Source: Paludibacteraceae bacterium (GTDB lineage Bacteria; Bacteroidota; Bacteroidia; Bacteroidales; Paludibacteraceae). Taken from it: a DNA stretch of 64,000 nucleotides. The DNA lies in NCBI GenBank assembly GCA_045124995.1, contig JBGVMY010000005.1, forward strand, positions 517-64,516. The letters are read 5' to 3'. Each line of letters starts with the position of its first letter. Positions within the stretch are counted from its first letter, which is position 1. The notes under the pieces were generated by a model. The model was not told the origin of the DNA and made no database searches. It saw nothing but the letters and a program-made list of their open reading frames with translations. Positions 1 through 9,184 of the stretch are shown in pieces. The position numbers and the translations under genes were made by a program.

Positions 1-27
1 TGGGACTTGAAGAATGGTATAGCGCAT

Positions 28-60
28 AAAAAAACTCACCCAGTCCATAAGGGAACTGGG
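28..60 (-). terminator. rho-independent terminator downstream of ileS
   Basis: The minus strand forms a hairpin (CCCAGTTCC / GGACTGGG, 39-60) followed by a T-run (complement of the A-run at 28-34). Confidence 0.6.
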
Positions 61-118
61 CGAGGATTATGGTATTTTAGAGTAGGATTATTGTCCTACT
101 TCTACTGAGTCTGCTGAT

Positions 119-3100
119 TTACGCTTTCTCCAAGACGCAGTTGACAGTGTAACCGTCCATCTCGAGGGCGGTGCCGTTGGTGAGGTTGTCAGTCAATGTG
201 AGGGAGGTAGCGAGGACTTGCGAAGCGATATACTCGTTGCAGTTGGTGACTGCTGCGGCGATCTCCTCGCGATTCTCCAGTTGCACAGCAATGCGGTCGG
301 TGATTTCCAAACCAGAGGACTTACGGAGGTTTTGAATACGGTTGATGAGTTCGCGCGCGATACCTTCTTCAATCAAAGCAGGTGTTAGTTCGATATCCAA
401 TGCAATGGTAATTACACCGTTGTTGGCTACGAGCCAGCCTGGCATATCCTCGGTGATGATATCCACATCTTCTGCCACGAGCGCGTAGTCACACAAAGTG
501 AAGGTGCCCGCTGCCTCAAACGCTGCGATATCCTCTTGGCTCATTTGGGCAATAGCTGCTGCCAGTTGCTTCATCATACCGCCGACTTTCTTGCCCAATA
601 CCTTGAAGTTAGGTTTGATCTTCTTGACGAGTTTGATCTCGGAATCCTCGGCACGTACGATGACCATCTCCTTGACGTTGACCTCGCTCTTGATAAGGTC
701 CTCTACGCGGAGAAGCGCCTCGAGGGTCTCTTGGTCAGGAGCAGGGATAACGGCTTTCTGAAGCGGTTGGCGCACGTTCTTCTCCGCACGTTTGCGGAGT
801 GAGAGAATCATAGAGGTGGCTTGTTGCGCGAGCGACATACTGCGCTCGAGCTCGAGGTTGATCATTGCCTCGTCAGCTACAGGCCATTGGCTAAGGTGAA
901 CGGTCTCTCCTGTCAAGTCGCGGTAGAGGCGGTCGGCATAGAATGGTGCGTTAGGTGCCATCAATTGTGCCACGGTCTTGAGGCAGGTGTAGAGGGTATA
1001 GTAAGCTGCTTGCTTGTCAGCATCCATCTCACCACCCCAGAAACGCTTGCGGTTGAGGCGCACATACCAGTTGCTGAGGTCGTCTTGCACGAAGTCGGAG
1101 ATAGCACGACCTGCTTTGGTTGGTTCGTATGCCTCGTAGGCTGCGGTCACCTCTTTGATGAGGGAATTGAGTTTGCTCAATACCCATTTGTCAATTTCGG
1201 TGAATGAGGTTAGAGGTGATAGGTTAGAGGTTAAAGGCTCGGGGTTCCAGCCGTCCACATTGGCATAGAGGGCGAAGAAGCCGTAGGTGTTATACAATGT
1301 GCCAAAGAACTTACGGCGAATCTCATCCACACCTTCTGGGTCGAACTTGAGGTTCTCCCATGGGCTAGAGTTGGTGAGCATATACCAACGCACCGCATCC
1401 GCTCCGTACTTATCCAACGCGCCGAATGGATCTACAGCATTACCGAGGCGCTTGGACATCTTGTTGCCGTTCTTGTCGAGCACGAGTCCGTTGCTAATCA
1501 CATTCTTATATGCTACGCTGCCTTCGATCATGGTATGGATAGCATGCAGGGTGAAGAACCAACCACGAGTTTGATCCACACCCTCAGAGATGAAGTCTGC
1601 GGTGCGTGGAACGTCTTGATTCTCAAATGGATAGTGGTTTTGAGCGTAAGGCATAGCACCAGAATCAAACCATACATCAATGAGGTCGAGTTCGCGCTTC
1701 ATTGGCTTGCCGCTTGGAGAGCAAAGCACGATATAGTCCACGTATGGACGATGGAGGTCAATCACGCTTGGGTCGTAGTTCTCTTTGGAGTAGTCGCCTA
1801 CGACGTGTTTCGCGAATGGATTCTCGGTCATGAAGCCTGCCTTGATAGACTTGTCGATCTCCTCCATGAGTTCGGCGATAGAGCCGATGCAGATCTCCTC
1901 TTGTCCGTCTTCGGTGCGCCAGATTGGCAATGGAGTACCCCAGTAGCGTGAACGAGAGAGGTTCCAGTCGTTGAGGTTCTCCAGCCACTTGCCAAAGCGA
2001 CCAGTACCTGTGGACTCTGGTTGCCAGTTGATGGTCTCGTTGAGTGCCATCATCTCCTCGCGTGCTTGGGTAGAACGGATGAACCATGAGTCGAGAGGGT
2101 AGTAGAGGACAGGTTTGTCGGTACGCCAGCAGTGTGGGTAGTTGTGTACATGCTTTTCGATGCGGAAGGCTTTGTTCTCGCCTTTGAGCCAGATACAGAT
2201 GCTCACATCGAGGGTCTCATCTTTCTCGGTGAGAGCAGGGTCGTAGGCGTTTTTCACGAAGCGACCCGCCCATGGCTCGTATGCCTCTACGTCCACTTGA
2301 TTCTTCACAAATTCCTCGTCTAAATCGGCGATATTGAAGAATTTACCCGTCATGTCCACCATTGGGCGTTGCTCGCCTTTCTTGGTGAGGAATACCATAC
2401 CAGGTACACCTGCTTTCTTAGCTACGAAGGCGTCATCCGCACCAAAAGTAGGTGCGATATGCACGATACCTGTACCATCTTCGGTGGTCACATAGTCGCC
2501 GAGGATAATCTTGAATGCACCTTCTCCTGGGTTAGCCCATGGGATAAGTTGCTCGTATTGCATACCCTCGAGGTCGATACCCTTACCGCGCCAAAGGATT
2601 TCAGGTGCTTCGCCGAGTTCCTTACTATAGGCAGCGAGGCGTGCCTCTGCGAGGAGGTAGAGGGCTTCGATCTTGGTATAAGGGTTCTCGCCCTTAACAA
2701 TCACATAATCAATCTTTGGACCTACGCACAATGCGGTGTTGCTTGGGAGGGTCCAAGGGGTGGTTGTCCATGCGAGGGCAAATAATGGAAGGCTATTAGG
2801 CAATGAGGCTATTAGGCTATTAGGCGAGGTTATCCTAAACTGCGCGGTGCAAGTGGTGTCTTTGACATCGCGGTAGCAACCCGGTTGGTTCAACTCGTGC
2901 GACGACAAGCCCGTACCCGCAGCAGGTGAGTAGGGTTGGATAGTGTAGCCTTTGTAGAGGTAGCCTTTGTTGTACAATTGCTTCAGCAACCACCACAATG
3001 TCTCAATGAACTTATTGTCATAGGTGATATAGGGATTATCGAGATCGACCCAATAACCCATTTGTTTCGTCAAATTCGTCCATTCTTGCGTATATTTCAT

Positions 3101-3475
3101 CACCTCGCGGCGGCATGCAGCATTGTATTCGTCCACGCTGATCTTCTTACCGATATCCTCTTTTGTGATACCGAGCAGTTTCTCCACGCCCAACTCCACA
3201 GGCAACCCGTGGGTGTCCCAACCGGCTTTACGCTTGACTTGATACCCCTGCATGGTCTTGAAGCGGCAGAAAGTGTCCTTAATAGTACGAGCCATCACGT
3301 GGTGAATACCTGGCATACCGTTTGCCGAAGGAGGACCCTCGAAGAAAAGGAACGAAGGGTTACCCTCGCGTGTTTCGATACTCTTGAGAAACAAGTCTTC
3401 CTTCTCCCATTGCTCTAGGATGGACTTGCTCACCTCTGCCAAGTTCAGTTGTTTGTACTCGTTAAAATGTTTCAT
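119..3475 (-). CDS. ileS: isoleucine--tRNA ligase
   Basis: 1118-aa ORF with an ATG start. It has class I synthetase motifs (PPSANGMPGIHH, KMSKRLGN) and the long bacteroidete-type IleRS architecture. Confidence 0.97.
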   Translation of the reverse strand: MKHFNEYKQLNLAEVSKSILEQWEKEDLFLKSIETREGNPSFLFFEGPPSANGMPGIHHVMARTIKDTFCRFKTMQGYQVKRKAGWDTHGLPVELGVEKLLGITKEDIGKKISVDEYNAACRREVMKYTQEWTNLTKQMGYWVDLDNPYITYDNKFIETLWWLLKQLYNKGYLYKGYTIQPYSPAAGTGLSSHELNQPGCYRDVKDTTCTAQFRITSPNSLIASLPNSLPLFALAWTTTPWTLPSNTALCVGPKIDYVIVKGENPYTKIEALYLLAEARLAAYSKELGEAPEILWRGKGIDLEGMQYEQLIPWANPGEGAFKIILGDYVTTEDGTGIVHIAPTFGADDAFVAKKAGVPGMVFLTKKGEQRPMVDMTGKFFNIADLDEEFVKNQVDVEAYEPWAGRFVKNAYDPALTEKDETLDVSICIWLKGENKAFRIEKHVHNYPHCWRTDKPVLYYPLDSWFIRSTQAREEMMALNETINWQPESTGTGRFGKWLENLNDWNLSRSRYWGTPLPIWRTEDGQEEICIGSIAELMEEIDKSIKAGFMTENPFAKHVVGDYSKENYDPSVIDLHRPYVDYIVLCSPSGKPMKRELDLIDVWFDSGAMPYAQNHYPFENQDVPRTADFISEGVDQTRGWFFTLHAIHTMIEGSVAYKNVISNGLVLDKNGNKMSKRLGNAVDPFGALDKYGADAVRWYMLTNSSPWENLKFDPEGVDEIRRKFFGTLYNTYGFFALYANVDGWNPEPLTSNLSPLTSFTEIDKWVLSKLNSLIKEVTAAYEAYEPTKAGRAISDFVQDDLSNWYVRLNRKRFWGGEMDADKQAAYYTLYTCLKTVAQLMAPNAPFYADRLYRDLTGETVHLSQWPVADEAMINLELERSMSLAQQATSMILSLRKRAEKNVRQPLQKAVIPAPDQETLEALLRVEDLIKSEVNVKEMVIVRAEDSEIKLVKKIKPNFKVLGKKVGGMMKQLAAAIAQMSQEDIAAFEAAGTFTLCDYALVAEDVDIITEDMPGWLVANNGVITIALDIELTPALIEEGIARELINRIQNLRKSSGLEITDRIAVQLENREEIAAAVTNCNEYIASQVLATSLTLTDNLTNGTALEMDGYTVNCVLEKA
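1207..1237. repeat. 7-bp tandem repeat inside the ileS coding sequence
   Basis: The plus strand reads AGGTTAG AGGTGAT AGGTTAG AGGTTAA AGG. On the coding strand this encodes ..PLTSNLSPLTSF.. Confidence 0.85.
2791..2830. repeat. 8-bp tandem repeat inside the ileS coding sequence
   Basis: The plus strand reads GGCTATTA GGCAATGA GGCTATTA GGCTATTA GGCGAGGT. It encodes ..SPNSLIASLPNSLP.. Confidence 0.85.
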
Positions 3476-3555
3476 ATGTTTATTATGTTATTGTTTATCA
3501 ATAAATTACAAGCCCATACATTGGCGATGCGCAATGTATGTGCAAAAATTCGCTG

Positions 3556-3587
3556 CAAAGGTACAAAAAAAATCGCACATACGCAAA
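3556..3587 (-). promoter_or_regulatory. Bacteroidetes sigma-A type promoter for ileS
   Basis: The minus strand reads TTTGCGTATGTG, a 20-nt spacer, then TAccTTTG (complement of CAAAGGTA at 3556-3563). Confidence 0.7.
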
Positions 3588-3602
3588 CGCGTGTGCGATT
3601 TT
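3569..3602 (-). terminator. terminator-like hairpin that embeds the ileS -33 element
   Basis: 11-bp stem AAAATCGCACA / TGTGCGATTTT with a 12-nt loop. It is followed by a T-run on the minus strand. Confidence 0.5.
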
Positions 3603-3660
3603 CTATTGGTTTTTGTGAGCGGGACTTTCTCCGTAAGTCCCTTGACGCCACTTGCAAAAT

Positions 3661-3712
3661 AAAAAATCCCAAACACACATTTAAGCAAGCTTATGTGCCT
3701 TTGGGCTTTTTT
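3661..3712 (-). terminator. terminator downstream of tRNA-Leu
   Basis: Imperfect 13-bp stem (CCCAAACACACAT at 3668-3680 with ATGTGCCTTTGGG at 3693-3705). A/T runs flank it on both sides. Confidence 0.55.
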
Positions 3713-3719
3713 CTTTCAG

Positions 3720-3805
3720 TACCGCGAGCGGGACTTGAACCCGCACAGCCATCACTGGCCAAAGGATTTTAAGTCCTTCGTGTCTACCGATTCCACCATC
3801 GCGGC
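3720..3805 (-). tRNA. tRNA-Leu (anticodon TAA)
   Basis: The reverse complement folds as a cloverleaf: acceptor GCCGCGA/TCGCGGT, anticodon loop CTTAAAA, a long variable arm, and T-arm GCGGG-TTCAAGT-CCCGC. Confidence 0.9.
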
Positions 3806-3817
3806 CGAAACTGGGCG

Positions 3818-3848
3818 CAAAAGTACTGCTTTTTTTGCATATACGCAA
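3818..3848 (-). promoter_or_regulatory. promoter for tRNA-Leu
   Basis: The minus strand reads CTTGCGTATATGC, a 20-nt spacer, then TActTTTG. The motif lies about 13 nt upstream of the tRNA 5' end. Confidence 0.7.
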
Positions 3849-3895
3849 GAAAAATGCAAGAAAAGTCACATTTTTCGCTAAAAAAGGCAAAAATA

Positions 3896-3927
3896 TTTGG
3901 TCAATCAAAAAAAAAGTACTACCTTTG
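3896..3927 (+). promoter_or_regulatory. promoter for tRNA-Cys (and probably sufB)
   Basis: TTTG (3896-3899), a 20-nt spacer, then TAccTTTG (3920-3927). It is part of a conserved cassette of about 65 bp that is also found at 5796-5862. Confidence 0.7.
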
Positions 3928-3957
3928 CACCCGCTTTCTGAAAAGGACGCATGTTTT

Positions 3958-4031
3958 GGTACCTTGCCCGAGCGGTTAGGGATCGGTCTGCAAAACCGGG
4001 GACGGCGGTTCGAATCCGCCAGGTACCTCCA
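3958..4031 (+). tRNA. tRNA-Cys (anticodon GCA), CCA encoded
   Basis: Acceptor GGTACCT/AGGTACC, U73 discriminator, anticodon loop CTGCAAA, and T-arm GGCGG-TTCGAAT-CCGCC. Confidence 0.9.
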
Positions 4032-4068
4032 AGAAGAGCCGCTCAATTTGAGTGGCTCTTCTTTGTTT
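4032..4068 (+). terminator. hairpin between tRNA-Cys and sufB (terminator or attenuator)
   Basis: Stem of about 12 bp (AGAAGAGCCGCT / AGTGGCTCTTCT) followed by TTGTTT. A second 14-bp palindrome, GCTCGCATGCGAGC, follows at 4074-4089. Confidence 0.55.
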
Positions 4069-4095
4069 AACGAACGCTCGCATGCGAGCTATAGT

Positions 4096-5547
4096 TTGGA
4101 GTTTAAAGGTAAGCTGGTGAAAGAGATAGAAGAAATAACGCAGCAGGAGTATAAGTACGGTTTCACGACGGATGTGGAAACCGAAGTGATTCCTGTGGGC
4201 TTGAACGAGGATGTGATTCGCCTGATCTCGGCTAAGAAACACGAGCCAGAGTGGCTGCTGGAGTTTCGACTCAAAGCATACCGCAAGTGGCTCACCATGC
4301 CGCATCCTAATTGGGCTCACCTGACTATTCCCGAGATTGATTTTCAGGCGATTTCCTATTATGCTGCTCCTAAAACCCATACTGGTGACGAGAAGAAGGA
4401 AATCGATCCCGAACTCATGAAAACTTTCGACAAGTTGGGTATTCCATTGGAGGAACGTGCCGCACTCGCTGGTAATATGGCTGTGGATGCGGTTATGGAC
4501 TCTGTTTCGGTAAAAACAACCTTCCGCGAAACACTAGCAGAGAAGGGTATTATCTTCTGCTCTATTTCTGAGGCTGTGCATGAGTATCCTGAGTTGGTAC
4601 AAAAGTATTTGGGTTCGGTAGTTCCTGCTAGTGATAACTTCTATGCAGCACTTAACTCGGCTGTCTTTTCTGATGGTTCGTTCGTTTATATACCTAAAGG
4701 TGTGCGTTGCCCCATGGAGCTGAGTACCTATTTCCGTATCAATGCGGGTAATACCGGCCAGTTCGAACGTACCTTGTTGGTGGCAGACGAAGGCGCATAT
4801 CTTAGTTATCTAGAGGGTTGTACTGCCCCAATGCGCGATGAGAATCAGCTGCACGCCGCTATTGTGGAGATTGTGGTTCACAAAGATGCTGAGGTGAAAT
4901 ACTCAACTGTTCAGAACTGGTATCCGGGTGATAAAGAGGGTAGAGGTGGTATCTACAACTTTGTGACCAAACGCGGCATTACCCACGAGAATGCTCGCTT
5001 GAGTTGGACACAAGTCGAGACTGGTTCGGCAATCACATGGAAGTATCCAAGTTGTATCTTGAAAGGCGATAATTCGAGTGCGGAATTTTATTCGGTGGCT
5101 GTTACCAATAACTATCAGCAGGCAGATACTGGCACGAAGATGATTCATATAGGTAAGAACACACGCTCGCGTATTATTAGTAAAGGTATATCTGCTGGCA
5201 AGAGCCAAAATGCGTATCGCGGATTGGTGCGCGTGATGCCAAATGCTGAGAATGTGCGCAACTACAGTCAGTGTGATAGTTTGCTGCTGGGTGATAAGTG
5301 TGGTGCGCATACCTTCCCAACCATGCGTATTCAAAATCCGACTGCCATTATTGAGCACGAGGCTACTACGAGCAAGATTAGTGAAGACCAACTCTTCTAC
5401 TGCCAGCAGCGTGGCATTGGTGTAGAGGATGCCGTGGGACTGATTGTCAATGGCTATGCCAAAGAGGTGATGGACAAACTGCCAATGGAGTTTGCGGTAG
5501 AAGCACAAAAATTGTTGCAAGTCAGTTTAGAAGGTTCGGTGGGATAA
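4096..5547 (+). CDS. sufB: Fe-S cluster assembly protein SufB
   Basis: The product carries typical SufB sequence (EYKYGF.., ..[10 protein letters not shown]..). The part of the ORF upstream of about 4095 overlaps tRNA-Cys and its promoter, so the real start must be a non-ATG codon. Candidates are TTG at 4096 and GTG at 4117. The first in-frame ATG lies well inside the conserved region. Confidence 0.9.
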   Translation: MEFKGKLVKEIEEITQQEYKYGFTTDVETEVIPVGLNEDVIRLISAKKHEPEWLLEFRLKAYRKWLTMPHPNWAHLTIPEIDFQAISYYAAPKTHTGDEKKEIDPELMKTFDKLGIPLEERAALAGNMAVDAVMDSVSVKTTFRETLAEKGIIFCSISEAVHEYPELVQKYLGSVVPASDNFYAALNSAVFSDGSFVYIPKGVRCPMELSTYFRINAGNTGQFERTLLVADEGAYLSYLEGCTAPMRDENQLHAAIVEIVVHKDAEVKYSTVQNWYPGDKEGRGGIYNFVTKRGITHENARLSWTQVETGSAITWKYPSCILKGDNSSAEFYSVAVTNNYQQADTGTKMIHIGKNTRSRIISKGISAGKSQNAYRGLVRVMPNAENVRNYSQCDSLLLGDKCGAHTFPTMRIQNPTAIIEHEATTSKISEDQLFYCQQRGIGVEDAVGLIVNGYAKEVMDKLPMEFAVEAQKLLQVSLEGSVG

Positions 5548-5563
5548 ACACCGAACTTTTTTT
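5534..5563 (+). terminator. sufB terminator
   Basis: Stem GTTCGGTG / CACCGAAC spans the stop codon and is followed by TTTTTTT. Confidence 0.7.
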
Positions 5564-5655
5564 ATCCCTATCTTCGGTGTATCTTCAGCGTATCTTCGGC
5601 TGCGGCAGGGGTAGGGAAGTCCTTCGGTAGAGGTATGGCAAGGGTATGGGATTTT
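5563..5655. repeat. 11-bp periodic degenerate tandem array
   Basis: The sequence reads ..TCGGTGTATCT TCAGCGTATCT TCGGCTGCGGC AGGGGTAGGGA AGTCCTTCGGT AGAGGTATGGC AAGGGTATGGG.., with a TA dinucleotide recurring every 11 bp. Confidence 0.7.
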
Positions 5656-5661
5656 ACAAAC

Positions 5662-5686
5662 AAAAAAGCCGCTGAAAAGAGCGGCT
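5662..5686 (-). terminator. terminator downstream of the initiator tRNA
   Basis: Stem AGCCGCT / AGCGGCT, followed by a T-run on the minus strand. Confidence 0.65.
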
Positions 5687-5692
5687 TCTTCT

Positions 5693-5767
<75 letters not shown>

Positions 5768-5795
5768 ATATATCATCTCTTATCGAAATGCGGTG

Positions 5796-5827
5796 CAAAG
5801 GTACTGCTTTTTTTTGACATGACCAAA
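5796..5827 (-). promoter_or_regulatory. promoter for the initiator tRNA
   Basis: The minus strand reads TTTGG, a 20-nt spacer, then TAccTTTG. It uses the same cassette as the tRNA-Cys promoter. Confidence 0.7.
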
Positions 5828-5874
5828 TATTTTTGCACTTTTTAGCGAAAAAAATGATATTTTGCTCAATTTAC

Positions 5875-5905
5875 TTGCATATTTACAAATTTTATCGTAC
5901 CTTTG
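5875..5905 (+). promoter_or_regulatory. promoter for secDF
   Basis: CTTGCAT (TTG at 5875-5877), a 20-nt spacer, then TAccTTTG (5898-5905). The leader is about 140 nt. Confidence 0.65.
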
Positions 5906-6050
5906 CACGCTATTTTGTGCTGATTATCTCCTCGCGTGTGTGAGGGCGTGCGGAAGCGATACGCGCGTACCTCAAAAAAGATTGAGAGGAAATAGTAGCA
6001 GTTGAGATTGCACGAACAAAATTAATAACAAATAAAACTAAATTAAAATT

Positions 6051-9000
6051 ATGCAAAACAAAGGACTAGTTATCACATTGGCAACCTTGCTTGCTTTGGT
6101 GAGTGCGTTCTATTTGTCATTCTCATTTGTGACAAATCACTACGACAACAAAGCCGCAGAGTATGCTCAAGGTGATGATGCAAAAGAGTACCAATACTTG
6201 GACTCTATTGCTGGTGAGAAGGTGTGGTTTGGCTACACGCTGAAAGAGTGCCGCGAGAAAGAGATCAACCTTGGTCTTGACCTCAAGGGTGGTATGAACG
6301 TAACTATGGAAGTGTCTGTACCAGACATTCTCCGTGCATTGAGCGGTTACAACACCACCGAGAACTTTAACCAAGCTATCGCAAAGGCACAAGAGAAACA
6401 AAAAACATCGGGTGCAGATTTCTTGACCCTGTTCTTCGAATCATTCTATGAGCTCGATGCAAATGCTCAATTGGCATCTGTGTTCTCTACATTTGAGCTC
6501 CGCGACAAGGTGAGCTTGAACTCTACTAACCAAGAGGTGGAGAAAGTGGTTCGCGACGAGGTACAAGGCGCTATCGATAACTCATTCAACGTACTTCGTA
6601 CTCGTATCGACCGCTTTGGTGTGGTACAACCAAACATCCAAAAGCTCAGCCAAACTGGTCGTATCTTGATTGAGTTGCCAGGTATCAAAGAGCCAGAGCG
6701 CGTTCGTAAACTCCTCCAAGGTTCTGCTAACCTCGAGTTTTGGGAGACTTATGATTTGTCAGAGATTCTTCCACAACTCTCACAAATCAATAGCGAGTTT
6801 GCTGCACAAAACGCAAGCACCGAGGCTGCTCAAGCTGAGGCCGCTCCTGTACAAGAGGAGGTGAAGGCAGAGGCTGCTGACGAGCTCGATGCATTGGTAG
6901 AGGACTTGGCTGCAGATAGCTTGGCTCAAAGCGAGGCTGATCAACAAGCTGCTTACGAGGAGTATAAGAAGGCTAACCCATTGTTTGCTGCATTGCAACC
7001 AGCAGTTAGCGCAGCAGGTCAACCATTCCAAGGTCCTGTTGTAGGTACTGCTCACTATACCGATACGGCTAAAGTGATGGCTATGCTCAATTCACAAGTA
7101 GCTAAGTCATTGCTTCCACGCGAGTTGCGTCTGTGCTGGACAGTGAAGGCTATCGACGAGGCAGAGTCATTCTATCAATTGGTAGCATTGAAGTCACAAA
7201 CTAGCGGTCGTCCTTCTTTGGAGGGTGATGTGATCACCGACGCTCGTGCTGACTTCGGTCAAACATCTGCATACGCCAACGTAAGCATGACCATGAACGC
7301 TGAGGGTGCACGCGACTGGCAACGCATCACTCGCGACAATATCGGCAAATCTATCGCTATCGTACTCGATGGCTATGTATATAGCTTCCCAACCGTACAA
7401 AACGAGATCGCTGGTGGTAGCTCACAAATCACTGGTAACTTCACCGTAGAAGAGGCTAAGGACTTGGCTAACACCTTGAACTCAGGTAAGATGCCAGCTC
7501 CTGCTCGTATCATCCAAGAGGACGTGGTTGGTCCATCACTTGGTAAAGAGGCTATTAGCGCAGGTCTTTGGAGCTTCGTATTGGGCTTTATCCTCATCAT
7601 GCTCTACATGATTTGCTACTATGGCTTTACTGCAGGTATGATTGCTAACATCGCATTGCTCTGCAACGTATTCTTGTTGGCAGGTATCTTGTCATCATTC
7701 TCAGCAGTATTGACCTTGCCTGGTATCGCCGGTATCGTATTGACCATGGGTATGGCTGTGGATGCTAACGTGCTTATCTACGAGCGTATCCGCGAGGAGC
7801 GTCGTGCAGGTAAGAACTTGCGCAAAGCTATCGAGGATGGTTTCTCTGGTGCTATCTCTGCCATCGTTGACTCAAACGTAACTTCGTTCTTGACTGGTGC
7901 AATCTTGGCAATCTTCGGTACAGGTCCTATCAAGGGCTTCGCTGTAACCTATATGATTGGTATCATCTCTTCTTTCTTGACCGCTGTGTTTGTTTGCCGC
8001 ATGTTGCTCGAGGCATACGCTAAGAAAGAGAACGCAAAAGAGTTGAACTTCACTACTAAGTTGATGCAAAACTTCTTGCAAAACACCAAGGTGAACTTCA
8101 TCGGTGCGCGCAAGGTGACTTACATCGTTTCTGGTGCAATCATCGTATTGGGTGCTTTGGCACTTAACCCACACTTCTTTGGTAAATTGAATTTGGGTAT
8201 CGACTTCTCTGGTGGTCGCAACTATATCATCCGTTTCGCTCAAGATGTGAATACCGAGGAGGTAAATGCTTCTTTGGATAATGTGTTTATGGCAGCTAAG
8301 GCTGAGCTCGGTGACGAGGAGAACTTCGCGCTCAATGTAATCACTATCGGTGAGGCTAACCAAGTGCGTGTTTCTACCAACTACCTCATCAACGACAACG
8401 CTGAGGATGTAGAGGAGACTATTGAGACATTGCTCTATGAGGGTTGCAAACCATTCTTGGCTGAGGATATTACTTTTGACGCGTTCAAATCTACCGAGTT
8501 GAACCCAGAGATTGGTATCATGCAATCACAAAAGGTAGGTCCTGCTATTGCTGATGATATTACCCAATCTGCTATTTGGGCAGTGTTGGCAGCGTTGTTG
8601 GGTATCTTCCTCTATGTGCTTTTGCGTTTCCGCAACTTCGCATTCTCAGTAGGTGCGTTGGTTGGTTTGGCACACGATGCCCTCTTCGTATTGGGTGCAT
8701 ACGCCCTCCTCTGGAAGGTGATGCCATTCTCAATGGAGATTGACCAATCATTTATCGCGGCTATCTTGACCATCATCGGTTACTCTATCAACGATACTGT
8801 GGTTGTATTCGACCGCGTACGTGAGTATAAGGGTCTGTATCCAAAACGCGAACTCATGCTCAATATGAACAACGCGTTGAACGATACCTTGAGCCGTACA
8901 TTCTCAACCTCTATGTCTACTTTCGTGGTATTGCTCGCAATCTTCTGCTTCGGTGGTGAGACTATCCGTGGTTTCGTATTCGCATTGATGTTGGGTGTGA

Positions 9001-9104
9001 TCATTGGTACATATTCTACTCTTGCAGTAGCTACTCCTCTTGCTTATGATATCCAAGAGGCTATGCGTCGCCGCAAAGAGAAAAAGGCAGAGTTGAAGAA
9101 GTAA
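6051..9104 (+). CDS. secDF: protein translocase subunit SecDF (fused)
   Basis: 1017 aa with two blocks of six transmembrane segments and periplasmic domains, which is the usual bacteroidete SecD-SecF fusion. It also has an Ala/Glu-rich low-complexity insert. Confidence 0.95.
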   Translation: MQNKGLVITLATLLALVSAFYLSFSFVTNHYDNKAAEYAQGDDAKEYQYLDSIAGEKVWFGYTLKECREKEINLGLDLKGGMNVTMEVSVPDILRALSGYNTTENFNQAIAKAQEKQKTSGADFLTLFFESFYELDANAQLASVFSTFELRDKVSLNSTNQEVEKVVRDEVQGAIDNSFNVLRTRIDRFGVVQPNIQKLSQTGRILIELPGIKEPERVRKLLQGSANLEFWETYDLSEILPQLSQINSEFAAQNASTEAAQAEAAPVQEEVKAEAADELDALVEDLAADSLAQSEADQQAAYEEYKKANPLFAALQPAVSAAGQPFQGPVVGTAHYTDTAKVMAMLNSQVAKSLLPRELRLCWTVKAIDEAESFYQLVALKSQTSGRPSLEGDVITDARADFGQTSAYANVSMTMNAEGARDWQRITRDNIGKSIAIVLDGYVYSFPTVQNEIAGGSSQITGNFTVEEAKDLANTLNSGKMPAPARIIQEDVVGPSLGKEAISAGLWSFVLGFILIMLYMICYYGFTAGMIANIALLCNVFLLAGILSSFSAVLTLPGIAGIVLTMGMAVDANVLIYERIREERRAGKNLRKAIEDGFSGAISAIVDSNVTSFLTGAILAIFGTGPIKGFAVTYMIGIISSFLTAVFVCRMLLEAYAKKENAKELNFTTKLMQNFLQNTKVNFIGARKVTYIVSGAIIVLGALALNPHFFGKLNLGIDFSGGRNYIIRFAQDVNTEEVNASLDNVFMAAKAELGDEENFALNVITIGEANQVRVSTNYLINDNAEDVEETIETLLYEGCKPFLAEDITFDAFKSTELNPEIGIMQSQKVGPAIADDITQSAIWAVLAALLGIFLYVLLRFRNFAFSVGALVGLAHDALFVLGAYALLWKVMPFSMEIDQSFIAAILTIIGYSINDTVVVFDRVREYKGLYPKRELMLNMNNALNDTLSRTFSTSMSTFVVLLAIFCFGGETIRGFVFALMLGVIIGTYSTLAVATPLAYDIQEAMRRRKEKKAELKK

Positions 9105-9150
9105 TCTGCCCTGTACACGCATACATGCGCATGCGCGCAAATAAATAAGG

Positions 9151-9179
9151 TACTGCCCGGCATCCGTCGGGCAGTATTT
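9151..9179 (+). terminator. secDF terminator
   Basis: 9-bp stem TACTGCCCG / CGGGCAGTA followed by TTT. Confidence 0.6.
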
Positions 9180-9184
9180 CGATA

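Noticed and set aside
3681-4046. 121-aa minus-strand ORF. The 76-aa ORF at 5568-5798 and the 86-aa ORF at 14234-14494 are similar cases.
   Set aside because: Each is explained by a tRNA gene (Leu, fMet, Arg) plus flanking promoter or terminator sequence. None has protein-like composition.
3835-4095. N-terminal extension of the sufB ORF (the track starts it at 3835).
   Set aside because: The extension runs through the tRNA-Cys promoter, the tRNA itself and its terminator hairpin. Recognisable SufB sequence begins only after about 4117.
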